Part shown: in pieces, positions 1-12,487 of the stretch
Layout of the letters: each line of letters begins with the position of its first letter
Position numbering within the stretch: the first letter of the stretch is position 1
Sequence record: MH494197.1
DNA length: 64,000 nucleotides
Direction: 5' to 3' (one strand)
Source: Escherichia phage CMSTMSU
The notes under the pieces: generated by a model
Told to the model about the DNA's origin: nothing
Databases searched by the model: none
Seen by the model: only the letters and a program-made list of their open reading frames with translations
Program-made: the position numbers and the translations under genes

Positions 1-478
1 TCAGCACCGAATTCTTCTTCCGCACCAACTTCAACTTCTTCGTCGTCAGAACCTAGGTCAACTTCATCACCACCGATTTCGTCAAACATTTGTTGTAGGC
101 CACGGAAAGCATCTTGAATAGATTCCCATTGGTCTTCGGAAGGAACTTCTGCACCAACTTCTGCTTCAGCGTCAACTTCTTCGCCATCAGCATCAGCAGA
201 GAATTCAACTTCTTCTTCTGCACTTTCATCTTCTTCACCTAGGGTGTATTCGATTTCAGCATTTAGACCAGCGTCTGGTTGAACATCAAAGTCTTCGTCA
301 AGTTTTTCTTCGTCTTTGACTTCAACTTCACATTCTTCTTCGTCCATGCTTTCTTCTAGTTCTTTATTGATTTCTTGAGCTTGCTCAACAAAGTACTTAC
401 GCATTTTTTATCAGCAACATCTTGTTCGCCGTTTGCAAACGCTTCAATTGCTTCTTGTAGTAGTTTTAAATTCGCCAT
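1..478 (-). CDS. Acidic Asp/Glu-rich protein; C-terminus lies beyond window start. Prohead core/scaffold-like by position downstream of portal.
   Basis: Minus-strand translation MANLKLLQEAIEAFANGEQDVADKK...EEEVEFSADADGEEVDAEAE; ATG at 478..476 preceded by GGAGGA; one frame break near 400-410 at a homopolymer run. Confidence 0.45.
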
Positions 479-595
479 TATATCCTCCATAGATATATTA
501 CATTCATATAAAGTATGATATTATTTAGTACTGAAAAATTTCGCCATTTTAAAAGCTTTAAAAGTGCGATTTTTGTTTACATTAATCCTGAACCA

Positions 596-802
596 TCACC
601 GGATGGTTGCTGCATAAACAACAGCGACAACATTTTTGCGTCGTTGTTCTTCATTAGCTTTAAATTCACGGTACTTTCTTAAATTATTAAGTACTTGTAA
701 TGTTAGTTTTGGTTTTCTGGAATCAGTAATTTTATATACGTTCTGATCATCTTCAGGGTCGTATAAAGAATCACTGCTAGATTCAAAGATGTCCTTTAAC
801 AT
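596..802 (-). CDS. Small hypothetical protein (68 aa), between portal and acidic protein
   Basis: Intact ORF in track; AAAGGAGA Shine-Dalgarno 5 nt upstream of ATG; TAAATA late-promoter-like core on minus strand at 867..872. Confidence 0.5.
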   Translation of the reverse strand: MLKDIFESSSDSLYDPEDDQNVYKITDSRKPKLTLQVLNNLRKYREFKANEEQRRKNVVAVVYAATIR

Positions 803-865
803 TTCATCTCCTTTGAATATGCATTATAATGAGGGCAACTAATGTACCCTCATTCTTATACATTG

Positions 866-2600
866 TTATTTATGATTAAAAGAATCGCCTAAATTATTCG
901 GGTTAAAACCTGCACTTCCTTGTTGTTCTTGGTATTCAGCATCGGCACTTTCTAAGTTACCGTCATCATCAATACCCAAATCCATACCGGGATCGTTAGG
1001 AGCATCTATACCAACAGATTGCAACCCAGCAGCATCTTCTTCACCACTTGACGGAGCGGAACCATCTTGTGGATTTTCTTGGAGCCACATTTGCTCATTC
1101 TTAACAATATCAGCTTTAGAAAGCCCATTTTTCAAGAATAGTTTGTTTTGCCATATATGGCAGATCGTTAAGTGGGAGATAGGTGTTAATTAGTTTAGCA
1201 TCTAGTTCCGCTTTACGATAAGCCAAGTTAATAGGTGGATTCATAATTACTTCAAAAGATGAAGTACTAATGTTATATCCATTTTAACCATAAAACGTTT
1301 AAATTCTGCATCAAATAGTTTTGCAACTAAACGTTGATAACGCATACATTGGTTATTAAAACGTAATTCACTTGCCATTGCTTGTGTTGCACCATCACCA
1401 AATAGTGATACACCACCATCATCTGGACCTTGCGGTAGATATGAAGCTGGGATTTGCAAACCACGAATCAATTTATTGTTGAAGTAACGCAAGTCATCAA
1501 TCTGACCTAAGTTATCACCACCGGAAGTGTTTGTACATCTGAACCACGACCTTCAGAAGTTTGTGGGAAGAAGTAATCTTCTAGAATACTTAATGGATTA
1601 TATGCTGCATCCATTAGAGAAGTACTGCCACCTTTATTTGAAGGAATACGTCTTTGGTGAATTTCATTTTTGAATCGTTCTACGTATGCCATTGCTTGGT
1701 GAGTTTGCATATCACCAACGTCAATTTTAAATACACGACGCTCTGGAGCACGTTGAACACGATAGATAATAATACTATCTTCAAGTAATTCTTTTGTTTA
1801 TAGACTTTGAAAACATCTTCAAGTATACTAGTACCAAAAGGCCAAACTCCATCTTGTCCTGTATTTAGGGTTAGATGAATTACATGTTCTGCACCAACTG
1901 GAATAACATCAAGACGACCGTTAGTACTGAATGGGTCAGCAGAGTTTCCTTGGTTAGTAAAGCCAGATGCACCACCTGCTGCCACTGAACCACCACCACC
2001 TAATGTGGTAGGGATTGCACCGGGTATGCAGTTTTATCAAATCCAACTTGTAAGTTACTAAACACTTTATCTTTAAGATTCAAAGATACGTCACGAATAT
2101 AATAAATTACAGGGTTTTTCCGGTTGCTTCGTTAACGAATACTTGTTCAACGTTTTTGGGCTTACCCAGTACCAGTCAAATGTTTCTGGGTCACGAATGA
2201 AGAATTGGTCACCATATTTTAATAGGCCACGTACAATTTCATACATTCTGGTTTTAAAATCATTTTGTTCAGTCCATGCATCCAAACGGTCTTCAATAGT
2301 AGTTACTTCTGTATCACCAATATCATCTTTATATTTGATTTTATATGGAAGACCAAAATCTTCAGTACTTTGTGTACAGAAGTCAGCAATGATATTAAGT
2401 GCTGTTCTAATTTCAGGATCTTGGTCCATCTGTTCATACTGACTATAACGTTCAGTACGGTTAGCTAAACCATTGTATACTACTGGAAGATAGGAAGCGA
2501 AATTTGTTTTCGTTCCTGTTGATTTGTTGCTATTACTGGACTGATTAGGGACGACCGATAACTTCGATCTCCCCATTGTCATATGTCGTTTCCAACTCAT
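866..2600 (-). CDS. Portal vertex protein (T4 gp20-like), interrupted by several frame breaks
   Basis: ORF fragments 2091..2600, 1680..1985, 1507..1710, 1247..1492, 866..1135 form one reading; segment ...LRFNNQCMRYQRLVAKLFDAEFKRF and ...EDYFFPQTSEGRGSDVQTLP resemble conserved T4 gp20 C-terminal region from memory; acidic C-terminus; SD AAGGACG before ATG at 2600. Confidence 0.8.
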
Positions 2601-2612
2601 TATTGTTCGTCC

Positions 2613-4789
2613 TTAACTGTTTCTCTCACCTTGGGTGTTTTCAGAGATAGTTCTTAGATAATTATTTGTCTGTTGTACAGCAGATAGTGATTGTTCATTA
2701 ACATCGGCAAGCTTTTTGAGTATTTCTTTCATTTCATCAGAAATCGGTGCTGGTGGTCCAGTTCTCGATGTCACTGCACTACCATTATTTATCATCTTCT
2801 TAATTGCCTCTGTATCGTCAGGTTTTGGTGGAACTGGTGGTTCACGGTGCCCATGCAGTTTTATCAAAATCTTTACGAGATACAGTTATTTCTGGAGCAA
2901 CGTTATTGGTTTTCAATAACAGGACGAATACGTTCTACTCGGACGGTTGAATAAACTGTCAGCATAATCAGATGGTAGTGGTTTTGGTTCTTTGTAGTTA
3001 CGTGAGGTGTTCCATTTGTTGAACTTATCCCACATCCCTGCAAAATAATCACTAACACTATTTACACCGTTGTCAATGATGTTGTTTACGCTTTCTGCTG
3101 GGGTTTCAGTACTGTTATTGAGTTTTATATCATTATCAGAACCACCACCGAACCAACTTTTAACAGAATTCCATAGGTTACCGGTAAATCCATTAAGTTA
3201 TTCATAAAGGTATCAAATGCTTCTGACACTTTAGAGTAACCTGAACCGAATATATCTGCACCCAATCCATCCAACCAAGCTGTAAATTCAGCACCAATAC
3301 GATCAAGGTAAGCAATTGCATCTTTAGCAATAGGTACTAACCCAAATCCATCAAGAGCCAATTCCCCAATAAACTCCCATGCACCATCAGTTCTGTCTGC
3401 AATGTCTGAAAGATAATCCACAATTGAATTTTGTGTATTAGCATACATTGTATTAAATGGTTCAGTGAATTCTTTACTAATCCACATATTGAAGCGGTTA
3501 GTAAATTGAGTTAATTTATCAGCGGGATTATTTTTAGGTTCATTTACGGTTGCTTCCATATCCAATAGTTGTTGGTAGAAGGTTGCAGCAGTTGTGTTTC
3601 CTAATTGAATCTGGTTAAGCAAATCTTGCTTAATTAATTCTTTATTCTTTTAACGAATTCTAATTGTTGGCGACGAATTTCTTGTGAATCAGTTACACCA
3701 CTACGTACAAGATTTTCACCTAAATCAGCGAACTGGTTCAGTACTGGAGTGAGTAGGTCATCCGGTACACCACCAATAGACAATCTGTGTGATATCAAAC
3801 GGAGGAAATCTGCACCTGCATCACCCATTGCACCCGCAGCTTCGTTGAACGCCTTAGATGTTGCTACAGCAGCTTTACTGGATAGTCCAGAGTAGTTCTG
3901 CAATGCAATTTGCATAGAACGCGTATCGAGTGATTTATCTAGGTTTTGTGTTTTGTTTAGTAATGCATCAACGGATTCACCCATGCTTTTACTGAATTTA
4001 GTCATGCTCATGATGAATTGTTCAGTACTTTTAGCTTGTCCATACTACGAAGAGCTTCACGACCACCATATTGTTTTGGAACTTAATGTTTCTTGCAGTT
4101 AAATCAGTTAATGTTTTTGAGAAATACCATAAAGGCCAAGTTCATTTTGAGCTTGTTGAACAGTTCCTAATAATTTACCAAAGGTAGCAACACCATCACC
4201 ATATGCCCCATCCAACTGAGCTACTACAGAACTATGTGTTTGTAGAGCTTCACTGAATCATCCATACTCAACATAGATGCACCTGCACCTTTCAGTACTG
4301 AACCATAACCTTCAGCCAATGCAACACCAGCACTGTTAATTCTGGTATATACTTCCAATTGTGCATTAAGTGCGTTATATACAGCAAGACCAGCACCAGT
4401 AACGAGTTTAAATGCTGCTGCCGCTGCACCAATTGGACGGCATCATTGCTAATGAACCAGCAAATGATGATGCACTAACGCCTAATGAGTTTACTACAGT
4501 ACTTACGTTCGTACTGGAGTTCATCATTGTTTTGCTTACATTGGAAACTTCAGAAGATAGTGATTTGAACAATTTACCAAATGCTTTCCCATCATCGGCT
4601 TGTGCACTTCCACGATTACTGGAAGAACTGGAACTGGAACCATTCTTTTTACCATTTGAACCTGATTTTTCTTATCATTCTTTATATTTTCAGCTAATAA
4701 CTCACGGATAGCAGTCAAACTATCATTGTTATCTTTAGTTTGATTAACCAACTGCTGTAGTAGGTAATCACTTGTATTGACAGCCATAA
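2613..4789 (-). CDS. Large Ser/Ala/Gly/Asn-rich virion protein (about 725 codons), heavily frame-broken; function unknown (internal or tape-measure/hub-like is speculation)
   Basis: Fragments 4536..4853, 3634..4011, 3125..3622, 2613..2867 plus sub-60-aa pieces read as one protein when frames are switched; AAAAGGGA SD before ATG at 4789; TAAATA core on minus strand at 4820..4825. Confidence 0.45.
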
Positions 4790-4930
4790 CATTCCCTTTT
4801 AATAGATGTATTATAGAAATATTTATGAATCTATAACGAATAAAAAGACCCATCTATAACATTTGTCCAATTTGTCCCATTTTTGGTAATAAATACTACA
4901 GAGACATTTATTACATGGAGATTTAATAAA

Positions 4931-5787
4931 ATGGCAATGAACCCACTAGCTAAGTATACTAAAATTGAAGAACTTGGTACAAAATTGGTCACAAATGGCG
5001 TGATTCCTTATAAAGAAGGAGTTCTTGGCTCTAAAGGTATCAAATGTGGCATTTGTGCTCGTAGTGCACGCGATGAAATGACACTCAATACACCAGATAT
5101 GCTTCTAAATGGTGATGCAATTGCTCGTGTTATTGAAAACTGCGTACCTAACGTACTTGATGCAGATGAACTTTATGTAAATGACGTAGAGCAACTACTT
5201 ATCGCTATTAAAGTAGCTTCTAAAGAAGAATCATATGATATTAATGTGACATGTCCTGAATGTAACAAAGAAGGCCGTTTTGAGCGTAGCTTATCATATC
5301 TACTAGAAACAGCACAAACTTTCAGTGAAGTTCCTACTGTACAATTGGATAATGGACTAAGTTTAGAGTTTAGACCACTTACTTGGAAGGAATATTCTAA
5401 CTTCGCAGAAAGAATGTTTACAGAACAACAAAAACTAAATTCCTTGAAACTGCCGAAATGGAGCAGGAAGAAAAAGTTAAAGTGTTTGGTGAAGTATTTG
5501 AAAGTATGGCACAACTCAACTTTGATATGATCGCAGGAGTTATTGCTAAAGTAATTACTCCTGAAGGTGATGAAGTAACTGAAAACGAATTCATTGCTGA
5601 ATGGCTAGGTCAGCAGTCCAAAGGAACACTTAAAATAATTCGTGAAAAAATGGATGAAGTACTTGAAATTGGTGTTTCCCATACTATGGAAGTTGAATGC
5701 AGTGACTGTAATCATCAATGGGAAATTAATGGACTGAAATATGACCCAAGTCATTTTTCGCATAATGCTTCTCCACTCATCTCCTGA
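4931..5787 (+). CDS. Zinc-ribbon protein with three CxxC pairs (CGIC, CPEC, CSDC); likely virion/baseplate-associated
   Basis: ORFs 4883..5530 and 5458..5787 overlap in different frames (one frame break); GGAG SD upstream of ATG 4931; TAAATA core at 4890..4895. Confidence 0.5.
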
Positions 5788-6028
5788 AGAAATACAAGAA
5801 GTACTGAAGGAATTTGAGTTGAATAAGTCAGATATTAAAACTGCATTAATGGAGTGTTCTGTTTATATGGAAAGTGTTGATTACGGAACACTACTTAATA
5901 TGCCACTAATTGATAGAGACTTATTAGTTAAGTCTTTTAATAAGAAAATTAAAAACAAAACGAGAAGCACTAACTCACAAGGAGCCAGCACATTGTTGCT
6001 GGTTTTTGGTTTTAAACTACAGAATTGA
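5765..6028 (+). CDS. Small hypothetical protein
   Basis: ORF 5741..6028 in track; start choice uncertain, overlaps end of preceding gene. Confidence 0.3.
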   Translation: MLLHSSPEEIQEVLKEFELNKSDIKTALMECSVYMESVDYGTLLNMPLIDRDLLVKSFNKKIKNKTRSTNSQGASTLLLVFGFKLQN

Positions 6029-6217
6029 TTGAATTGAATTATGAAAGGAATTAATTATTTTATAGTGAACTCATCTAACTCATTTCATTCGTTAGCTGAA
6101 GAATATTCGTTACTACGTAACTCATATTCATTTCTTATAATTAATTATAAAGAACTTTAAAAGATTTAATACTTGACGGGATTTGTTGAAGACATTTTCA
6201 TCCCCACAGGGAATGAA

Positions 6218-6245
6218 GACAATAAAAAGAGACAATTAAGTCTCT
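6218..6245 (-). terminator. Rho-independent terminator, minus-strand orientation
   Basis: Minus-strand hairpin AAGAGAC-TTAATT-GTCTCTT followed by TTTATTG. Confidence 0.45.
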
Positions 6246-6682
6246 TAATTCTTGACGCTGATGGTTTCAGCATTTATTGTATTGCGAATTTCTTAAAATT
6301 CATTAAGAACGAAAGCGGGTTGCTCTGTTTCTCTCTATCGCAGTCATGTGCAACGGTCGTCAGTCTTAATCATCCTGACACTCACCTGAAAGTCTATACA
6401 ATCAAACTTCAGGCTGTTTATTAAATCACTTAATAAACTCCCTTAGCAAATCTGGTAAGGTGCGATCCTTATACATCTATCGAGGAACTCTCTGTATGCT
6501 TATCGGAGTTCTTTATTGAGCCGTGTCGCCGTGAGGGGTTCAAACTATGCCCACATCTAACGGGTTTCTTCTGCTCATCGCACTGTTGAACTGCTCATCT
6601 GCCATCTACATTTTCGATAGGATCAGGTTCTAATTTATATGCATTTCTGCATTCAACAGGATTGTCATCACTACAATTAACA

Positions 6683-6716
6683 TTATAGCACCAAATTCAA
6701 AAGTGTCTCACTATTA
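6683..6716 (-). promoter_or_regulatory. Candidate promoter with extended -10 (TGcTATAAT) on minus strand
   Basis: Minus-strand TTTGGTGCTATAAT; same 13-mer recurs at 11363..11376 upstream of the gp55-like gene. Confidence 0.35.
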
Positions 6717-6802
6717 TGATAAAAATTTATAAAAAGTACATAATTCTTGAACATTGAAGTAACGCATAAATATTTTGATAAGAATTAGTTTAGTGGGGAT
6801 TT

Positions 6803-7263
6803 ATGAAGAAAAGATTAAAAGATAGTAAAGAAGCTGCAAACTATCGAAATGAATTACTAAAGAAGCAAAAGGAATTGATCCTATAATTAAGGAACCAATA
6901 ACTAAGCCAGTACTTGATCACTATCACTTCGAGAATCAACACTGTCGTGAAGTTCTCCAGAACGAAGTGAACGCATGGGAAGGTAAAGTACAGAACAGCT
7001 TTAATCGCTATATGAAGCACTTAACCGATAAACCCTTATACGAGGTACTACGAAATCTTGCGGATTATCTGGAGCGTAATAACAGCATTCCTGAAGATGA
7101 GCAAGTTATACATCACACTGCACTAACAATCGATACGAATAAGTTTAAAAGGCTCCCAGCCGGACAACAGAATGCAATACTGGAAGAGTTAGGTGTTATC
7201 CACGTGCAAACAATGCTGCTCGTGTTAAGCAAGCCAGAAAGCTTATCAAGGAAGGTAAATTAA
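6803..7263 (+). CDS. Endonuclease VII-like (HNH-type) protein, atypical: zinc-ligand cysteines not evident
   Basis: VLDHYHFENQHCREVLQNEVNAWEG resembles Endo VII core HLDHDH...RGLLCNLCNAAEG from memory; N-terminus MKKRLKDSKEAANYRNELLKKQK joins ORF 6967..7263 after one frame break. Confidence 0.4.
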
Positions 7264-7277
7264 ATATGGTAGATATA

Positions 7278-7305
7278 AAAAGGGAGCTAAGGCTCCTTTC
7301 CTTTA
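7278..7305. terminator. Bidirectional rho-independent terminator between convergent genes
   Basis: AAAGGGAGC-TAA-GGCTCCTTTCC hairpin with flanking A/T runs. Confidence 0.6.
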
Positions 7306-7306
7306 A

Positions 7307-9423
7307 TTAGAATACATCATCAAGAGTTGTATACTCAACAGTACTGAAACCATCCTCTTTAACTACTTTTAGGATTTTCTCAGTCTTAGAAAGCAATTCT
7401 TCTCTGTGAGAAATGGCATATACATTCTTACCACGCACAGCAGCCATATCTTGGAAGATAGACCACACGCGAAGAACACCACTTGAATCAAGACCTTGGT
7501 CAATCATCTCATCAATGATAAGAATATTGATACTTTGATACAATGACTCATATGTATCACGGAAAGCACAAGATAAAGCAATGTTTACCCTTGTACGCTC
7601 ACCACGACTAAGCTGTTTATAGTCAAAGTACTGACCACTTTTCTCAATTTCTACACTCAAATCATTCAAGAACACAACATTATGTTCAGAACCACACATA
7701 TCAATGTAATATTGAAGACGTGTATTCAGATACGAAATGTTTTGTTCAATAATACGCTTACGGACATAAGAATCCTTGTTTAACAACAATTTAACCAAGA
7801 AATCTTGGTGATTTGCCATCTTATCAAGGTTATTATAGTCACTATAGTCGATTGGTACTAATGAATCGGTCGTAAGTGTATTAATTTGTCCAATAAATGT
7901 GTTAGTAGTTTTCAATTCACGATCTAATTGCTGTGATAATGAAGTTACTGTCATTTCTAACTCTTTTACTTCAGATTTATTCAATGTATCTGGTACTTCT
8001 TGAAGAACATGTGCGTTCAGTTCTTCATATGATGACATAAGTTCATTAGCATAGATGTTAATTTGCTCTTCTTCACTCTTTTAATAAGTTCTTGAAGCTT
8101 ATGCTCATGCATTTGTGCTTCAGTTAGTGTAGAATAGAATGTCACAGGCTTAGGTGGCATATCAAAAATCTCAATACTATCAATTTCCTGAAGTATTGTT
8201 TCAATTTCAGAAGTGGAACTATCAATTTTCGATTGAAGTTCATTAATAGTATTTTGAATTTTATCTTTAATAGACGAAGTATGTTCATTATGTTCTAATT
8301 CGGACATACAAAGTGGACATTTACTACTCTCCACTGTTGCTAATTTGTCCACCTCAGCACGTAACGAACTCTCATGACCATTTAAAGCCACCTTTAATGC
8401 GTTAAGTTTTGTTCTTTGAAACGTTTTTGGTTATTATTCTCTTTTAGAATACCCTCCAACTGTTTCCATATCTCCAACTCATTGTGATTTTCTAATTCAG
8501 TACTGATATCAATAGTTTTTAGCTTATCAATACTTACATTTAATGCTAATTTTGCTGTTGCTAGTTCACGGTCATATGCATCATACTTCAAAGCTAACTC
8601 TTGCACACGTCTTTCTATTTGATCACGAGCAGCATTATGAATAAGAGCTTTCTCTTTCACTTCTGCCAAATCATAGAGATCGTTGAAGTCTAAAGTTTTG
8701 TAGATATTCAATTCTTCAGTCAACTTAGATACTCTATTATTTTTATCAATCTCAAATTGGTTAGCTTGTTCTTGTAATGATTCAATACTTTTTGAATACG
8801 TTCATTACTTGCAGCCACAGTTTCAATTTTGAACTTTTCTTGTTCAGCTAAACGTTTAGAATCTTTATACATATCCTTTAATAGTTCAGCTTTCTCTGTT
8901 AATTGTGTGATGCCCAGAAGTTCCTCAATCATATCACGTTGTTTCTGTGATGATAATGCAAGAAACGGCTCTACGTTAGCATTAAGTACTACAATATGTT
9001 CAAATAGTAGTTGAGAAATCCCAAGAATCTCGTTTAGATCTTCTTGTGTATCTTTCTTCTCCCCTCTTGACTCATCTTCGACCTTATTATCTTTACCTAA
9101 TGTAATAAAGTTGAAATACGTGGACTTCTCCCACGCTCGACGAGATATTGTACACCATCTTTCTCGAACTCAACAGATACTTCACAGTTTTAGCATTAGT
9201 TTTATTAACTAAGTTTGGAATTTTGATATCGTTACCAATACTTTTCCAAACAAACCAAAACTAAACCTTGAATGATGGCACTTTTACCAACACCATTACG
9301 GCGACCGGAACTATCACCACCTTCAATAACTGCATCATTGTTTTGACCAAGAACTAACGATATATCAGCACCAGACAAATCAATTACTTGTGGTGCATTG
9401 CCAAATGAAAAGAAGTTCCTCAT
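7307..9423 (-). CDS. Recombination nuclease ATPase subunit, SbcC/Rad50-like (T4 gp46-like), frame-broken
   Basis: N-terminal Walker A GRRNGVGKS (ORF 9232..9447); coiled-coil middle (8017..8932 fragments); C-terminal ABC signature LSRGERTRV, Walker B LIIDE, H-loop (ORF 7307..8038). Confidence 0.85.
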
Positions 9424-9459
9424 TGATATACGTGTAATGTTTAGCACAATAAATTTCCC

Positions 9460-10485
9460 TTATAGTGATCTGTAAATTTGGATTAGAAGATTTTTATCGA
9501 ACATAGGTGAATCAATTTCCATGATTTGTTGTAACACAATCTCATCAACTGACTCAGTACTTTCAAAGCTTTCACCATCTTCAATAAGTTCTTTGATACT
9601 TTGCTTGCTAGTAACAACGTTAAACTCACGAATGTTATAAAGTTTAGTAAAAGTATCACGAATAAAACTAATCTCATCAGTAGTGATAGCAATATCAACT
9701 TGAACCTTTGAAATAGTATTGTCTTGAAGATAATAACTTGGATCTGTTAATAGTTCTGAAAGTGTAAATGTTCTATATTTTGGTGCTTCTGACCAAGAAT
9801 GGAAAGTTGGTTCTTTACCATGTTCTAAAATCATCACACCTCTTGCATCATCCCATGTATCAGAAAAGTTATGTGGAAACAGTTACCTGTGTAAATTACA
9901 CGAGTTCCTTTGGATGTTGTTTTGCTTGTCTCTTGTGGAAATGCCCACTAAAAACATACTCACAACCACCAAAAGAACCTTCAGTCTCTTTACCATGATC
10001 TGGCATCTCAACCATTTTATTGAGCAAGTAGCGTAACTCTAAGTGACCAAAACATACTTACTTTTAAGTTGAGGTAGAACTTTGTATTCATCTTCAATCA
10101 TAAATGGAATGAAAGTACAATCATCAAATGTTGTGATTTCATTAATGAACTCGATGTTCTCATAAACTTGTGCCATATTAATACTAGTAATGTCACGTTT
10201 ATTTTTATGATACATGTCATGGTTCCCAACTAAGAAGTAAACCTTATCAAAGTTGTCATTTAGTAATTGTAGAATTTGTAAACCATAGTTTAATGTTTGA
10301 ATGTTAATATTACTGCGGTTATGGAAGTAATCTCCCATAAACACGCATACAGTAATACCATTTTTCTTAGCAAGTTCAATCATAAACTTGATGAAGTTCA
10401 AACAATCTTCGTTGTGCTGCTTGCTGTTATTCTTTAATCCTAAATGAATATCAGTAAATGTAATTGCTTTATCAAATAGAGCCAT
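9460..10485 (-). CDS. Recombination nuclease subunit, SbcD/Mre11-like phosphoesterase (T4 gp47-like), frame-broken
   Basis: Calcineurin-like motifs DIHLG, GDYFH, GNHD in ORF 10039..10503; C-terminal part in ORF 9460..9837. Confidence 0.85.
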
Positions 10486-10509
10486 CTTCGTTTTTCCTTT
10501 CAATCATGT

Positions 10510-11283
10510 TCATTTCAATTTCGATTTGACGAGTGTGTGATGGTGTAAAACCATGCATCTCAAGTAAATCGTCTCGATGTTACGAACATTTTTCTCACTA
10601 TTAAGAATCGAACGGAAACTATTGTTAACGAACGAAGTATAGTAAGAGAAAGGATTCAACTGTACTGCTGGTTTATCTTTTTGTAAAGAATACTCTCTTT
10701 AAAGAGAAGTGCGTTTTAACTAATTGTATTCTGGCATCACCCATCATTTCATCCAAATATGTATAGTTTCTATAGTTGGATTTGTGTGAGATTTCCTCTG
10801 CCAGTTTAATGAACATTTTACCTAGTTCATTAGTGATTTTACCATGAACAGTGCTGAATTCTCCGTCTTCAAGATCACCTTTCCAGTGAGAACGAACGAC
10901 TTCGTACAGAATACCTTCTTCATCTACAATGTAATGTTTGAATGGTTCAAAATTAACTCTTGTATCTGCTGGGATATGTTCATCGGTAATTACACGAATA
11001 ACCACCTCATCGATAGGTACATCAGTCAGTACTAAATTGTGCTCATCTGCGTATTCCTTCGCTTTCTTCGCACTCATACCTTCTTTTCACGAATTGCATC
11101 AAGCATTTCATTGTTGAGACGTTTAATACGTGCTGCTTTAGCTTTATCTAAAAGTTCTGCTGTGATTTCGGATTCATCAAAACGATATAATCGTACATAC
11201 TGTAGCACTTATCAAGTAACCAGCAATATGAGATTTTACTTTTTGTATCTCACGAAGTAAATCAGCATTGTTAAGATACTTTT
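10510..11283 (-). CDS. gp55-like sigma factor for late transcription, frame-broken; N-terminal extent uncertain
   Basis: ELGKMFIKLAEEISHKSNYRNYTYLDEMMGDA and PFSYYTSFVNNSFRSILNSEKNV match my recollection of T4 gp55 conserved blocks; GGAGAG SD before ATG 11283. Confidence 0.5.
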
Positions 11284-11391
11284 ACGCTTCGGCCTATTTG
11301 TCATTATTTCAACTCTCCATGTTTTAAATCCAATAGGTACATTCCTTGTACCATCAATGTTATTATAGCACCAAAACGTCTTTGTCCCACG

Positions 11392-11399
11392 TATAAATA
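11392..11399 (+). promoter_or_regulatory. T4-type late promoter TATAAATA
   Basis: Exact TATAAATA about 35 nt upstream of first structural ORF on + strand. Confidence 0.55.
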
Positions 11400-11432
11400 C
11401 ATCAAATGTTCCTTCTTATGGAGAATCAAAAG

Positions 11433-12115
11433 ATGATTGATCGTAGAATCCGATTAAGACCTAAAACCGCAGGTGCTAACTATGTGTATGGTGATTTTGG
11501 CAACAGTTCAGAGCCAACATTGCTGTCGTTTCTGCGTCCAACAAATGGTTTGGTTTGGACTGTAACCCCAACTGTAACTGAACAAAGGTCGGTTCAATAT
11601 GAAACACAGTCCCTATACATACTAACAGTAACTACAACAACTACAAGAATACAACAAACACAATTTTCACTATCCAAGGTGAGTTTTATGCAAACACTGC
11701 TGCTGAAGCAATGTATGCATTGGCTTGTGTTCATTTTATTCGTTCCGTGTCCTTAATGGACTTTGGTCGTCAAGCAGCATCTGCTAATAATCCCGAACTA
11801 GCAATTGCAGGTGCACCACCGCCAATTTTACTATTAAGTGGGTATGGTCGTTATACATATAATGATATTCCTGTTATTTTGAAAGCATATAATTTTACAT
11901 ATCCAAATGATGTTTCTTACATTCAGGTTCCATTGAATAGTAGTGATAGTACTTTTAATTTATCTGATATGGATAGTCGTCAATTCTTCGAACAGCTTAG
12001 AAGTACTGGATATATGAATCCACAAGATGAGGTATGGGTTCCACAGAAAATATCTGTAATGCTTCAACTTGAAGAACAACCAACATCTGATTACATGACT
12101 AAAAGTTCAACCTAA
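11433..12115 (+). CDS. Baseplate structural protein (tail-tube-fold gp48/gp54-like is a guess)
   Basis: ORFs 11406..11756 and 11711..12115 joined by one frame break; GGAG SD before ATG 11433; position next to gp53-like gene. Confidence 0.45.
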
Positions 12116-12161
12116 ATGCATTTAAGCGTGGTGAACTATTACGTAATGGAGGATTTATCTA

Positions 12162-12476
12162 ATGTCCAATTATAGTCAATACTCTCCTTATGCAAAGGTT
12201 AAACAAACGTGGTATCTTGGTTACAATTTACCACGTGATATGGTTCCTGCTGATACTGACGACTTCTATGTAATTCCATTGAAGTATGAGCATCAACCTT
12301 GGCGTTTAGCATACGAAATGTATGGTAATGAACGTCTGTATTATGTATTTGCCCTATTGAATCCTGATATATTAGGAGAAGACCCAATATACAATTTTAA
12401 TAGTGGTATCACAATTCGTGTTCCCTCAAATCAACGAGTGCAAAACTATTTGAACGGTACTCGTAACATAGGTTAA
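12162..12476 (+). CDS. Baseplate wedge protein, gp53-like (LysM-like fold)
   Basis: YVIPLKYEHQPWRLAYEMYGNERLYYVFALLNPDI resembles gp53 pattern Y.I...P..LA...YGN..LY.V.L..N; intact ORF. Confidence 0.5.
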   Translation: MSNYSQYSPYAKVKQTWYLGYNLPRDMVPADTDDFYVIPLKYEHQPWRLAYEMYGNERLYYVFALLNPDILGEDPIYNFNSGITIRVPSNQRVQNYLNGTRNIG

Positions 12477-12487
12477 TGGAGTAAAGT

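Noticed and set aside
2143-2954. Plus-strand ORFs 2143..2442, 2265..2468, 2691..2954, 2716..2919
   Set aside because: Antisense to the portal gene and the neighbouring large virion protein gene; low-complexity products; no start signals.
6173-6424. ORF 6173..6424 (83 aa) in the ORF-poor interval
   Set aside because: Needs a TTG start, uses codons (CCC, GGG, ACG, CGG) atypical for this AT-rich genome, and overlaps a predicted minus-strand terminator; more likely non-coding.
6030-6790. tRNA genes in the ORF-free interval
   Set aside because: By-eye search for T-arm GTTCRANYC with a matching 5-bp stem found only partial matches (e.g. GGTTCAAAC at about 6540) without complementary stems; cannot be supported without a covariance-model scan.
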